A stretch of DNA of 64,000 nt from Eledone cirrhosa (GCA_964016885.1 OZ024741.1:145824001-145888000), one strand, 5' to 3'. Shown: positions 1 through 13,718, numbered from the stretch's first letter. Program-made: numbers and translations. Notes: generated by a model from the letters alone, not told the origin.

Positions 1-969
1 GTCCATGGGAACTTCTCTATGCTGACGATCTGGTTCTTATAGCAGATTCAGTAGAGGAGCTAGAGAATAAATTCTGGCTATGGAAACAGCAGTTGGAAGC
101 AAGATGACTGAGAGTCAACCTAGCTAAGACGAAAGTGTTGATGAGTAGAAAAGAGGACAAAACTCTGATTCCGTCATGGAAATGGCCATGTTCGATATGC
201 AGAAAAAGAACTGGCATAAATTCTATAAAATGCACACAATGCAGATCCTGGGTACACAAGAGATGTAGCGGGATAGCAGGCAAACTAACATGTAGGGAGA
301 AATATGTATGCAGTAGATGTACAGGGAAATTATACAGTAGAAGTCGCATTGATAGACACATTTTTCAAATGCAGGCGGGTGCTATAGAAGTGGTGGATAG
401 CTTCCGGTACCTAGGAGATCAGATTAGCGTGGGAGGGAGGGGGGTGTTCTGAGTATCTAGAATAAGGACGGGTTGGAAGAAGTTTAGGGAGCTGTTTCCT
501 CTGCTGATGAAGGATGGTTTCTTCCTGCGTACGAAAGGCCGGTTATATGATGCCTGTGTGAGGATCGCGATGCTGCATGGTAGTGAGACATGGCAGCAAC
601 TGCAGAGGATATGCGACGGCTGGAGAGAAATGAGGCAAGCATGCTCCGTTGGAGAACGTTGCAGTGTCGATGTGCGTGAACGACCCAGCATGAATGTGTT
701 GAGAGAGAAACTGTGTCTGAGAGGTATAGAATCTAGTGTACGGGAGAGGAGACTGAGGTGGTATGGACAAGTGATGCTCATGGAGGATGACCGATGGGTG
801 AAGAAGTGCCAGGAAATGCCAGTTGAAGGAAGACGTGGTAGAGGTAGACCACGAAAAACATGGGCAGAGGTGGTGAGAAGACCGAGTTGACGAAGGACCG
901 TGACGAGTGGAGAGATGCTGTGCCGCAAGCAGGGAAGAGCGGACGTAAAATAATGATGATGATGATGAT
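1..969 (+). mobile_element. RTE-clade LINE 3' fragment (RT C-terminus with PHD-like finger), decayed
   Basis: PWELLYADD-encoding sequence at 1-30; WPCSIC..CTQC..WVHKRC..CSRC; FRYLG; RLRWYG; GRPRKTW; ends ggacgtaaaa(tga)n; stops and frameshifts. Confidence 0.93.
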
Positions 970-1003
<34 letters not shown>

Positions 1004-1004
1004 C

Positions 1005-1412
1005 GCCTATATATTGATCACCTTGACAGACCAATGGCGCACCACCTTAAAGAACATTAGTCTACGACCTCTTTTATACCATAAACGTGGTTCTGTCTTT
1101 GCGCGTAATTGTTTTTCACCGCTCCTATTAATGACGTATTATTCGTTTTTTCCCGCTCTTTGCCAGCGAACGTTACCACGAACCAAAGTATCGTCTTCCT
1201 GTCTTCCTCCGGTTGCAATGTTTTTTGAAATATCCAGTTCTGCGTTTACAGATTGACTTTATTAGTTTCAGAAGATCCCGTTAAGGGTGAAAGCAGCGAT
1301 TCTTTGCTTAAACTTTAATCTGTTATTTTAATAAATATTTGCTCTACGGTTCTTATATATTTGATATATATTTTCCTTATCGAGCCCTCTTTGGATTTTA
1401 GTCTTCAATTTT
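1005..1412 (+). mobile_element. Penelope-like element 3' remnant between (TA)n tracts
   Basis: DHLDRPMAHHLKEH resembles the GIY-YIG distal His motif; degenerate HHR at 1264-1314; (TA)n on both sides. Confidence 0.55.
1264..1314 (+). ncRNA. Degenerate type I hammerhead ribozyme
   Basis: AGTTT-CAGAAGA-tCCCgttaaGGGt-GAAA-GCA..TGC-TT-AAACT; all three stems pair but core U4 is A. Confidence 0.55.
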
Positions 1413-1420
1413 ATTATTGT

Positions 1421-1468
<48 letters not shown>

Positions 1469-1473
<5 letters not shown>

Positions 1474-2180
1474 CGTACAGTGGTATGTATATATATACAT
1501 ACATGCACACATATATATATGCACGTAACGGTTTACCGAACATTTATTATAATGCTCGGTTTGTTTGTTTGTAAACAAACGAACAGCCAAAATTACGCCG
1601 TACAGTGTTTATATATGTGTGCATGTATGTATATATATACATACTACTGTACGTCTGTATACATATATGTATGTATGTATACATACATACTCACATTTAC
1701 GTAACTGCCGTACTAAGAGAGAGAAATGAAATTTCGTTTCATTCTATTCCATTTATCGTTTTCGGTGCACCCGGCTGACTAAACTCACTCGATATGCAAA
1801 TTAGGCGGCTTAACCGTTAATATGCATAAGGAAAGTATATACTTTCAGACGTTCAACCATCTGGCAGGAAGGTATACGATGCTGACGATAGCTAATAAGC
1901 TTGAAACTAGTTCATCGTTCCTGTGTCAGTATTGAACAAAAAGGTGATGTGGTTGCCTAAACACTGTACGGCGTAATTCGGGCTGTTTGTTTGTTTACAA
2001 ACAAACAAACCGAGCATTATAATAAATGTTTGGTAAACCGATACGTGCATATATATATATGTGCATGTATGTATATATATACATACTACTGTATGTACGT
2101 ATACATACATACATACTTACATTTAAGTAACTGCCGTACTAAGAGTGAGAAATGAAATTTCGTTTCATTCTATTCCATTT
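1469..2180 (+). mobile_element. Non-autonomous HHR-bearing retrozyme/PLE-type element, copy 1 (partial tandem, about 426-nt period, inverted 5' segment 1469-1611)
   Basis: taactgccgtactaagag at 1702 and 2128; 1471-1611 is the reverse complement of about 1958-2098; HHR at 1876-1918; homologous to 31100-33532; flanked by (TA)n. Confidence 0.8.
1876..1918 (+). ncRNA. Minimal type I hammerhead ribozyme
   Basis: ACGATG-CTGACGA-tAGCTaataAGCTt-GAAA-CTAG-TT-CATCGT; palindromic stem III ACTAGT. Confidence 0.8.
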
Positions 2181-2202
2181 ATATATATATATATATATAT
2201 AA

Positions 2203-2954
2203 CTTTTCAGTTTGTATGGCGTTTTAACATATTGTTTAGCTCTAGCTTTTCTTAACTATTGGAGCGCTTGCCAGCATTTCTACGATTTTGTGTTTCGTTT
2301 CGCTTTTTCTACCAGCCGAAATACGATTCTCGCTGAATATATATTTATATTAATCTCCCCAGTCTTACAATTAACCTGTTAATAATTCTATTGACAGATT
2401 AATTGCAACAGTTTATTTTAAAAACTACCCGGCCGAGAGCTTATTCGATTTGTGCTATCTATGCAATTGTTTGTATGATGTACACATACTGAATTCATTT
2501 GCCAAAATCTGGGGAATTTTCCCCTCGTGACTTACGCATGTGCCTTTACAAGGTTCTGCGTCACTCACAAAGTTGGTGAAAGAGCAAAATACCTGTTGAT
2601 AACGTGATATTCCTTGTTCGATCTTTATGCTGAAAGTTTATAGTTTTAAGCAGACAGTATTATTGATTAAGGTGTCATAGAAAACTTGCATTTGGATTTT
2701 ACCATCAATTCCACTTGGGTCCAGGTCTGTTTATATAATTTATTTTGTTTGACCTGTTTAGCTTGACTTGTTTTTTTGGGCTTAACTGGTTAATGCCTTC
2801 TTGACCACTTTTTCAGTTTGTATGGCGTTTTAACTTATTGTTTAGCTCTAGTTTTTCTTAACTATTGGAGCGCTTGCCAGCATTTCTACGATTTTGCGTT
2901 TCGTCTCGCTTTTTCTCCCAGTCGAAATACGATTCTCGCTGAATATATATTTAT
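2203..2954. repeat. Non-coding element with about 145-bp terminal direct repeats (period 606 bp) in (TA)n
   Basis: 2203-2347 and 2808-2954 are near-identical; no credible ORF. Confidence 0.75.
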
Positions 2955-5900
2955 TTATATATATATATATATATACACATATATATATTTATATATGTAT
3001 GGTCCCGTTACACGTGATAGATTTGTAGAGGCACCGTATTCACATATCGTGTTTCTTGGGCACTTTTAAGGCTGGCAGAGCCCATTTTCGTCAGACTTGA
3101 GTACAGCAGATTTCTTCCAGAGAAAGGTAGAAAGTGAAAGACAGGAAATGAGAAAGAGATATAGAGGAAGAATCGACCCCAGTACTAGACTGGTACTTTT
3201 TTTATTGACCTCGAAAAGATGAAAGGCAAAGTTGACTTTGGCAGGATTTGAACTCAGAGAGCAGAGTGCTGGAATATATATATATATATTAATATATACT
3301 TACATATATATGTGCATACATACATACATACATATATGTATATACAGTAATTTACTTTTAACATGTTTGATGGTTTCACTCTGCAAAAATATGATATAAA
3401 TTTATGACAAATAAAAATCAAAAGTGATATTATTCTTCCAATTCTTTGGCATGGAGAGAAGTTATTTGATGTTCAATATGACAACAATAACCTTTCAAAT
3501 AATAAAGTGTATTATAGAATACAAAGAAGAGCAAAGTTACATTAAAAATATAAATTATATTCTAGAAGATAAGGCCTACTGGTTACTAACAGAGACAATT
3601 TATTATTGTACTTTTTTATATTAAGATTCTCCTTACTTGAAGTTTCCATAACAAATTTATTTTTTATTGCTTCCTTATATTTTACATAGCTAAATTTAAT
3701 ATAATTCCATGGTCTACAGTATAAAGTTTATTGAGAATAATTCTATGAGGTTTTATGTCAGAAGAATTCCTTGACATAAAGGAAATCCACAAATGTTTTT
3801 AAGACAATTCTTGTTTTGTATCAGTCTCAATCAGTTCAGATGAAATATATAAAAGTAACATATGATATGCCTCAGGGAACAGAATTTAATGTAATGGACT
3901 ACTTTTGTTGTTTTGAAGATTTTGATGTAATATATATTCTATAAGATTACATGCAGATCTTTTGAATCAAATCAAAGTCGAATAAAAATGAAAATAATTT
4001 TCTTTCTGAGTGGTTTTATACCCAATAATAATGATTTGTAATTTAGGTATAGAGCCAGCAAATTTGTGGGAGGAGGAAATTTGATTACATCAACTGCACT
4101 ACTTGATTGATACTTTATTTTATTGACCCTGAAATGATAAATGTAAAGTTGACCTTGGCATGATTTCAATTCAGAACATAAACAGATAGAAAAAATACTG
4201 TAAAAACATTTGTTTCTACTTTGGGCACAAGGCCTACGAATTTGGATGTTAAAAAATGTCATTGACCGCAGAACTATGAAAGGTGAAGTTTACCTCAGTG
4301 GAGTTTGAACACAAGGTGTAAAGAGCTGGAAAAATACAGCAAAAACATTTTCTTCAACACTCTAATGATTCTGCTGTTTTTTATCCACAATAACAATAAG
4401 CTAAAATAAAACACTACAACAAGCATGTTAAGGCCATTGGCCTTGGTGCAAAATTGGTTGGTCTTGGTGCAAAAACGGATACATTATAAATGAAGTAAAC
4501 AGAAAGACTTTTAAAATAGGGTTCAGTTTAAATCCAGGAAATTAAATGTAATATGCTTATTTAACATTTTCTTAATGAATATTTAATAAAATACGCAGCT
4601 TGTGTTTCAATTAATTTTGAAAATAATAAAAAATTTCGAGGAATTTAATAATACCACTAACCTTTTCATTAATAAGCTAATGTCTGGACCATAACTTTGC
4701 AAAAATCCCTTAAACAAGATTATGATATGTTTTAATATAAATATTAAAACAGTTCCAGTATGAGCAAGACAAGGTCAGCCGACTGGACACTGCTCACAAC
4801 AGGACAACCCATCTAACCCATGCTAGCGTGGCAGAACGGACGTAAAATGGTGATGATGATGATGATGATGATTAATGTTTTTGTTATACTTTGCTAACAA
4901 AAACACATGCACCTGTTGTGTTTCAGGTCTGTTTTATTATTAGTCAGGTAATTAATCTATTCCACAGCTAGTTTAGTAATTTCATGGTTATTTAATTGTC
5001 AAAGCTCTTTCGATATACATTTTTAAATGGGTAGTTTTGTATTCTAAAACTAAGTTGAGTTCAGTCAGATTCAAATCAAAAAGGTTAATTTATCTGACTG
5101 AAAATGCTAGAGTTATTCATTGTTTTCCTCACTTAATTTATTATTTGCTGGTTAATTGACAGTAATGATAGTTTTTCTATATTTTTATAATATTGTGATG
5201 TTTAATAGGTAGAAAATTGGCAAAATTGTTAAGGCATTAGATTCACTTTTTTTTATAACAACACTGAGTCTGGATCTATGAAAAAAAAATCCTGCCCAAA
5301 ACTGCTTCTGGTTCTATGAAATAAAAGAACTCTTTTTAAAGGGTTCCTATTTGGATTAAAATCTTCCAACATAATTTTGTAAAAGAACCTTTCGTTAAGT
5401 TATGCTGCAAACACCATCATGATAAAATAACTTTAGCAAAGCACTCCCAATTTTTCATTACTTCAAATACAGTGTATTTCATTAAAAATATGCTAATGAA
5501 AAGGTTATATGCCTTGGTGTTTGTCAGAGGGTTTTGTGTTCAAATCCTGCCATTTGCACTAAAAAGTAAGCACCAGTTTAAGAGCAGTAGATTGGCTGAA
5601 TTGTTGGTTGGAATTTACTGCAGTATCTGTTCTATGCCTGGTCCTCCTGAATTCAATTCTTTGCAAGGAATTGCAACCAACAGATTGTATCAGCTTGCAA
5701 AATAGCTATTAGAAAAAAGTATTGATATAGTCATGGTTTTGTCACCCTCCAAAATCTTGATTATTTTCAAAATAATTTGAAAATTATAGGCAATGATTTT
5801 CATTAGAAATATGGTAAAATAAGGTTGAATATTTATTTAATATATGATTAAGTTTGTTTTATGAATACTTAAACTTTGGTCTCCAAAACACGTCCTATAT

Positions 5901-6904
5901 ATCACCTAACACATCACCTCTTATTCATTACCCCTTCAGGTAATAGCATCTAGTTCCCATTATGATATGGTAATATCATTTTTCTGACTTGCTTTGACAA
6001 ATCAAGAAAGTTACTAGCTTTTGAATATTCACAAATACTGTGAGACCAATCCTGATAAAGAAACAATGATAATGGAAGAGACAAATAGAGTAAAGAAAAC
6101 ACGTATATGTATATATTCAATGATCTGAGATTCTCTCGCTTTAAGAAAATAAAGGCAAATGAAGTTAATAAGACCTAGGGCTTGATTCATTGAGTTAACT
6201 GAAACTGGCTGTATAGTTACAATCCTATATTTCAGAAAGTAAATTGAGTTTGACAGAAGAAGCAAAGAAATGGCCAAAGCCAGTAGAGTAACTCATATAT
6301 AGCTAAATCAAAATTCTGCCCTGAATATTTATTAGTTATTTATATTCTCGAGCTTGATTCTTGTCAACAACATTTCATTAAGATTTGTTACCACTGTAGA
6401 AATATATAACTGTCAATATCAAAACAAAAAAATATTAAAAGAAAAGACATGGACATGGCTGTGTGATTAAGGAGTTTGCTTTGCAGTCATATGGTTTCAG
6501 GTTCAGTCTCACTACATTCTATCATACGTAGATCAATGCCTTATGAATGAAATTTGATAGACAGAAACTATGTAGAAGCCTGTCATAGACAACACACAAA
6601 CAGTAGCTGTCCAATCACATCTTGATCTGATGCATATCACAATCATACCCACACAGCTTTTTATAAACACACACACACACACACACACACATACATATTT
6701 TAACCCCTTGGTGCTTATTGCTCCTGTGAATTTTCAATACAAGGATCTCATTCTGAAATGCAATCTTCTGAAATTACTTACAACATAAGTGTTTTTTTCT
6801 TGAAAAAAAATTTTTTTTTTCAAAATTTCTTTCTTTGCTTACTATCCTTCTATTTCTCATTCTATCTTTAGATGAGGGACTAACATCTGGAACGTTAAGA
6901 CCTA

Positions 6905-7945
6905 TTTGGATATTTAGGAAGCTAGGTGTAGACCACAGGTTCTCAACCCATTTAGGCCATTTGTCCCTCGAAATCACGAAACGCCCCCCCCCCCCCATAT
7001 TTTTCCATTTTTAAATATACTACTGATTTTTATATCAGTAGATTATTAAAAAATTGATTAACAATATTCCAAAGATGTGTGTATTATCTGATTATGTGTT
7101 GTATGTGGTCCTAGATGTGTGTGCTACCCGCTTCTGTTTTTTCTTTTCTTTTTTTTTATTTGTAATATTATTTATACAATAGGGAATAAAATAGATCTAC
7201 ATAGTGTTAACTCGTTACGGTTGAGTCAATAATTTCAGACATGATATACATTGTTATCAGTGAAGGAAAGATAAGATTCTAACTGGCTGCGCTCAAAGTG
7301 TCCTTGACCTAGATGACTGTGGATTTTTTTCATTTTTAGGATCTCAATTACTGGTTAATGTCTAGACACGCCTGCACACCTACTCACAGCTGCGGTCAGA
7401 CTATAGTTATGCTGTCTGCAAGCTCATTCAAATACATTCACACTGGCTGTCTCAAAGACATACAAATATGGCTTATAAAACTTACCAAAATAAAGAGCCT
7501 TCCAGCGACCCCTAACCCCCCTCCCCCAGCTCCAAACGCCCCCTAACGCGACCTTGCTCCCAAACGCCCCCCTGGAGTTCCGAAACGCCCCCCCCCCCCC
7601 CGAGGGTGCATATGCCCGCCGTTGAGAACCTTTGGTGTAGACGAATGTCTTGTGAGGGCCATGTCTAAAGGATGTCACTAGCAAGGTGAGTTTTAGGAAT
7701 GTGTATAGCAATGAATTTGAAGAGCATGTTGATGTCAACCACAGCTCAGTTATCAGTCCACCTCTATTTATTATTGTCCTTTAGGTCATCACTGGAGATC
7801 TTAAAATTGTCACTTCATAGGAACTCATATATGCTAATGACTTAGTCCTTATAGCTAAATCCGTGGGAAAGTTAGAGACAAAATTCCAAGCATGGGAAAA
7901 AAATCTAGAGTTGAAATGCCTAAATGTAAACTTCACAAAGCCTTA
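6905..7945 (+). mobile_element. Old RTE RT fragment interrupted by a hAT MITE
   Basis: W.FRKLGVD|ECLVRA continues across the insertion; ELIYAND (decayed YADD) near 7820-7842. Confidence 0.75.
6934..7634. mobile_element. Non-autonomous hAT element (701 bp)
   Basis: TIRs cacaggttctcaac / gttgagaacctttg; perfect 8-bp TSD GTGTAGAC at 6926-6933 and 7635-7642. Confidence 0.9.
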
Positions 7946-8789
7946 ATAAATAAGAGAGAAAACAGATAACATTCCTTAATAGCTATCCTCCCCATCACTG
8001 TACATCTCTATCCCATCCATGTGCCCTCTAATATTACTCTATAGCTATTCTCACAATCTCTAAATCCCCATCTAAAATCCTTTATTTAACCATAAAAGTC
8101 CTGTACCATATAAAATCGAATGAGCAAAACATTTTTGAAAGATATAACAATAAAATAGCCTTATGACTTCATCACATTAAATATTAAAGTGCAAATTCTC
8201 ACAATGATTTATTCATAAGTAAAGATACGATAAGCATTTGAATTAACAAACCGTTTTAGATATTTTCTGCTAAATCCTTACTGAATGTTAAGAGAGATCT
8301 ATTGTTAGTTCCCCCTAGAAAACATTTTTTGGGTAAAGTTAGTAATACAGTTTTATTTATTTATTTGAAAATTTAATCATATACTTTCTGTCAATTTCCT
8401 AATTTATTTATCATTAAACTTTATCATGAATATTTTATCATTATCATCATCAATGGCCGATACAACAATAGCAGCATGTCATGTTTAATCACAATGAACT
8501 TCACTATCACTCCTATTCATCCAGTACAACCATGGCCAACACATCGACTCATGCTTTTATTTATGTTGTATTCCTTTTATCTTTTTGTAACTTAGCAGTT
8601 CAACAAATAGTAATCATTTTATTGGGATTCATATGATCAACTAAAGACCTTGATAGTGGGAGGCCCAACTGGATCAGAGTCCAAAGACTAATAGCAGAAA
8701 AAGAAAAAGAAAAAGAATATATATAAAGTTAAGCAATTACTTTTCTACTACTAGGAAAATGTATTGTCAGTTAAATACTTTCTAATTGA

Positions 8790-9015
8790 CCCTTTTGTAA
8801 CCACATTTTTAATGAAATACACTTCTTATATGTTTCAAATGATTTTGAAAATAATCAAATATTTGAAAGAATTTAGTAATACAATTTTCTTATCATTTAT
8901 CTGGTGTTTTGAACATAATAGAAGTTTTTAAATAAAATTATGATGAAAGGCTTTTAGATAAATAGATTATATCATAGAACTAGGGACAGTTTCAAACAGT
9001 TTGATATCAAAAAGG
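8790..9015. mobile_element. piggyBac-like AT-rich MITE, old copy
   Basis: Ends cccttttg / caaaaagg with degenerate TTAA flanks; family pieces also near 4560, 5280, 9230, 17610, 38200. Confidence 0.5.
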
Positions 9016-10279
9016 CTAATAAAATCATTTGAGAATTAACAAAAGTAAACTTCGGTGACAAATAGGCAAAAGTATGTAACTTTTATGTCTTTCTAAAAAT
9101 CATTACCAAGTTGTAGGGGAACTGTGAATTTAAGAGTTTCAGTGTGTTATTTCAATGGCTAAAATGACATTCCCACACTTTAATAACATTAGTTTCAACA
9201 CAGTTTCAAATCAAATCACTTTCGGGATATGTACGACTCTGGCTTGGATTTATGATACAAAGTTACTAATTGCAAAATGTTTATCCTTATATCAGAACAT
9301 TTTATCAAATTTTTGTTAAGAAATGTTCTAAATATCAGCTTACTAATAAAAAGGTTACTTTATTAAACTCTCCAAATATTTTGTTATTTTCATAATTAAT
9401 TGAAACAGATAGGCTGTGTATTTCATTAGAAATAAATTAAGAAAAGTGTAAAGTGAAGCAAAATATCAAAACTAATTATGAAATTGTTGTTAAAGTCTTT
9501 TCTTATTGAAAGTCCCTTTCTCCTACTGTTTAACACTTACAACTCGTAGTCAATTTTCGATATTTTATGTTTGGTTATGTTCCACACCACCCTAAAAATA
9601 TTCTCTCACACATGCACACAGACACACATACCTTGTTGGCAATGTGTAAAGTTTCCTGATATTGTAGCACCATAAAGAACCATAGCGGTGTTATATCTAT
9701 CATTGTTTTCCTTTGTTGCAAAAAATAATAAGCATTGATGATGTGCACATTGTTGTTTCTTCATAGTTAAGTATGTTTGATAGGTATACAAATGGCTAGA
9801 AAATAAGTCATGGCTGTAAACACAATTTAATGGGCTTTATTGTTGTCCATAGAAGAAAGAAAATAAAGTGAAAATGGAAGGTCTGGTGAATAATGTCAGT
9901 AAATGTTTTCTCTCTAGGATATGCATGTCAAAATGAATAAAGCTACAAAAGATTGCCAATATGAAAACAAATGATGATGATGCAGTTATTTTTGGCAATT
10001 CAGTTGTGTCTTTGTATAGAAAGATTTGGATTAGCTTTCTACATGTCTACAGTGGGAATATGTTATTGTGTGAACTGAACATTTCTTATCAATAAATGCA
10101 ATATATAGGTGAAAGGTAATAGACATGGTAGCACACAAAGCTTAAATATCATAGAGTTTGATAAGTTTTTAATTTTTGTTCAGAGTTCATAATCCAGTTA
10201 GGGTTAGCTTTGTCTGTTATCCATCGTTGATATTTATATAAAAAATACCATTAATATACTTAGCTTGATTTATAATAAA

Positions 10280-10442
10280 TTTATAGAAAATGTAGAATGC
10301 TCAGGCGCAGAAAATACTATAAAATAGCTTATAAAGTTGGATAAATACCCAGTTGCTGACAACATCCTTTTCTGTATCTCTAAGGGTATTTAGCCTATTT
10401 TATAGTATTTTCTGCATCTGAGCATTCTACAATTTCTATAAA
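10280..10442. repeat. Fold-back inverted repeat, about 50-bp arms
   Basis: tttatagaaaatgtagaatgctcag..aaaatag pairs with ctatttt..ctgagcattctacaatttctataaa. Confidence 0.85.
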
Positions 10443-10619
10443 CTTGATCTTCTCAGCATTTTGTTAGTTCAAAATAGAGAAATCTGTTCTCATTAAATCC
10501 ATTATTATTTTGGCATTTATTATTCATTTATTCTCTCTTGGAGTTAAAGTCAGGTTTTTGTATGAGAAGTATAATGCTATAAGACATGTGCAGTGAATTC
10601 AGAAGATATGTAAAACCTG

Positions 10620-10980
10620 AAGAGAAATAAATTGAGCATGCTCCAATGGATATGTAATGTTAATATGCATGGAGTATAAAGCACAAAGGAGCTGAGGGAA
10701 AAACTTGGTATAAGAGGAACAAGATGTAGTGTGCAAGAAAAAAAAATTCTGCTGGCAAAGACACATGGTCTTTGATGAAAACATACCAAAAAATCCCAGT
10801 GAGAAGAAGCTGTGGTATAGGAGAATCTGGGCTGAAGTTGTGAGAGATGACTCCAAATTGTTGAACTTCATAGGGAATAAAACAAATGAATGCAACAAAT
10901 GGAGTGAAGCTGTGCTGAAGAAGCCTATCTATCTCATGAAAGCATGGAAAAGTGGATGTAAAATTACAATGATGATACAC
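10620..10980 (+). mobile_element. Highly decayed RTE 3' fragment
   Basis: Similar to 20576-21010 (agcatgctc..tggatatgtaatg; ggtataagagg; agcatggaaaagtggatgtaaa..gatgat). Confidence 0.7.
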
Positions 10981-13150
10981 ATTTAAAATCATCATTACCA
11001 TTTTATGTCTATTTTCCATGCTTGCATTGGTTACACAGGTTTTCAAATTCTGAGGTCAAGCAATGCAGATGATTGCATCTTGCACATGGTTTCTGTTGCT
11101 GGATACTTTTCATGGCATGTACTAGGATTGTTTTATCATAGTACCACCACTACCACTTAACAGAGTGGACTTGGAGCATTTATTTTAGCACTAGCACTAC
11201 CACTTTACAAAGTGGGATGGGTACATTTCTTTCTGAACCCAGAACTACCATTTTACTGATTGAGTTGGGTATATTTTATTGTGGAACCAGCATTCTGTTT
11301 TTATTTGTTCTTATAGGATATTTAGTTATAGTGAAAGAGAAACAAGATGAGGATTTAGTAACATTCTAAATGCCACCTTTAAGTAAATGAATGAAGGACC
11401 AAAAACTGAAGATACGTTAGAGAGTTGATTCACTATTTGCTCTAGGGTCCTTGCCATTATGTTTTTAAGATATTAAAATTGGATGAAAATATGTGTGGTT
11501 TGAGTAGAGTGTTGTTGAATTGCATATTAATCAATGTGGGCAGTATGTGTAATACATCAAATGATCAGTGTAGAAATTTATCACATTCAGTTAATTAATT
11601 CTCATGACTTAGAGTCATGTTAAGTAACTGGCAGCTTACAACAGTGACATATCAAGTACCAAGAGAACTCTTCTAAGGTAGAATCAACATTTTAGGATTA
11701 TGAATGAGATATAAAGTGTTAAAGTCAAAAGTTTACCAAACTCCTTGTGTTATGACTATATCATCAAAACAGAAGCTAATAATAATTAAGATTCATGCTT
11801 AAGTGGCTATCATCATAATTATCATCACTGTTTAACATTTCAGATTCTATGCATGCATGGGTTAGATGAGTTGTCACATTCTGAGACTAAACTAGTCAGA
11901 TGACCACATTTCACACATATAGTCAATTTTTAATTTGTTGTTTTTATGACTGGATGCCCTTCCTAGTGTCAACCACTTTACAGAATATTCTGGGAGCATT
12001 TTTTGTGGCACTCCACTACCACCTTACAGGATGGACTGGGTGTTTTTTTTATTGAGACGCTAGCACTAACACTTTACAGACTGGGTTGGCTGTGTTTTAT
12101 CATGGCATCAATAACAATATTAAATTTAGTTGAAGTCTGGAATTGATTTCCAATAATACATTGGCAATGAAGAAGTCTTGAAGTAATCATCAGATCTACA
12201 AAACCTAGCAGAAGAAATATCCTCAAATTACAGCTTAATAAAAATGGCTATAATCACAAAATTCTATCTTCAGTTGTTAGGTTGTGAAGTGGGTGTGTTA
12301 CTAACAGATTAAGACCAAGCAGAAGAGGAACAAACGTTATTCAGGAGGTCACAGGATGTGTGAAAGAGCTTTGATGAACTAATAAATTCAAGTCTGGAAT
12401 AGTTTACCACTGACAATGAAGGAGGCTTTACATGGTCACTGGACATTCAAAGAATACCATCATCAGCATTATCATCAGCCATTTATATTTTTCCATGCTT
12501 GCTTTGGTTGGATTACATCCCTTCATAAGAAGACTTAAACTATGATAAGAACCCTTTAAAATATGTGATTTTGTTTCATAGAATCAAAACCAGTTTTAAT
12601 TGGGCTGATATCAAATGTGATAAATCATGTCTTAAAAGGAGATATTGATACATTACCTAACATAAAAATGGAATGATCATGGCTGGAATACCTTTAATCA
12701 AAGCTCTACTCAGTCAGAGGTCATCTAAGGTTGAATAACAACAACAGCATTACAAAGAACCAGAAATATTTCATTTCATAAAAAATTTCATTGATATTTC
12801 AAATGTTTATATCAATATTTATATATCGTTATTCAATAGTTTTCTTTTATCAAGATTATAGATATATTTTTCTTATCTCTAGCTGAAAAATATTTTGAAA
12901 TATAAAATAACTGCTTGAAATTCCTAGATCAGTTGTAAAAGAAAAACAACCATTAACAACAAAGATTTTATTGGGAAAAGTATAGTTTAAGGAAGAAATT
13001 ACATATGCTGTGTAAGAAATAACTTGTTTCTCAGCCTCATCAAAAAAATTATATGATGTTTGATGTATATACATACATAGGCACGTGTATATATATGTGT
13101 GTGTGTGTTTGTATATATGTATCTATATATATGTGCGTGTGTGTATGTGT

Positions 13151-13215
<65 letters not shown>

Positions 13216-13718
13216 CAGACAAACATACACACACATACATATATAAATTTATATAAACATTATATTAGGTAGGGAGATGTGTTTTTTATGCTAGACGTGT
13301 TTGTGCAATAAACAGACTCTATGGTTATAACACACTATAGAATATATTGGGACTTGATGAGATGTGTTATCACTGTATATACACAGTACATAGTAAAACA
13401 AAACTTTCAGTTAAGCTAGAGGTATATCCCCAAGTTTGGTAAGCTGAAGAACCTAGTATTTTAGTCTTCTTGCTCTGACCACACTCAAACAATTACTAAG
13501 CCTGCATTCTCCACTACACAGTCCACACTACAACATATCACATCATGACAGGTCATACACACCATTTTACCAGCTCCTCTGTTTTGGATGTTTCCACAAT
13601 TAATAATTTCCATATTAACACAACAAAGGTGTTTAGCCATCCATTTATTGATCATGGGAAATTATTAAATATTTAATTTAATTATACAAATTTATATAAA
13701 ACTGATCATTTAACTTAA

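Noticed and set aside
3040-3102. Minus-strand CTGACGA..gggc/gccc..GAAA hammerhead-like motif
   Set aside because: Position 17 is G and stem I does not pair next to the core; at best a heavily decayed remnant
12130-12200. Minus-strand CTGATGA..GAAA
   Set aside because: No stem I or stem III pairing; likely chance
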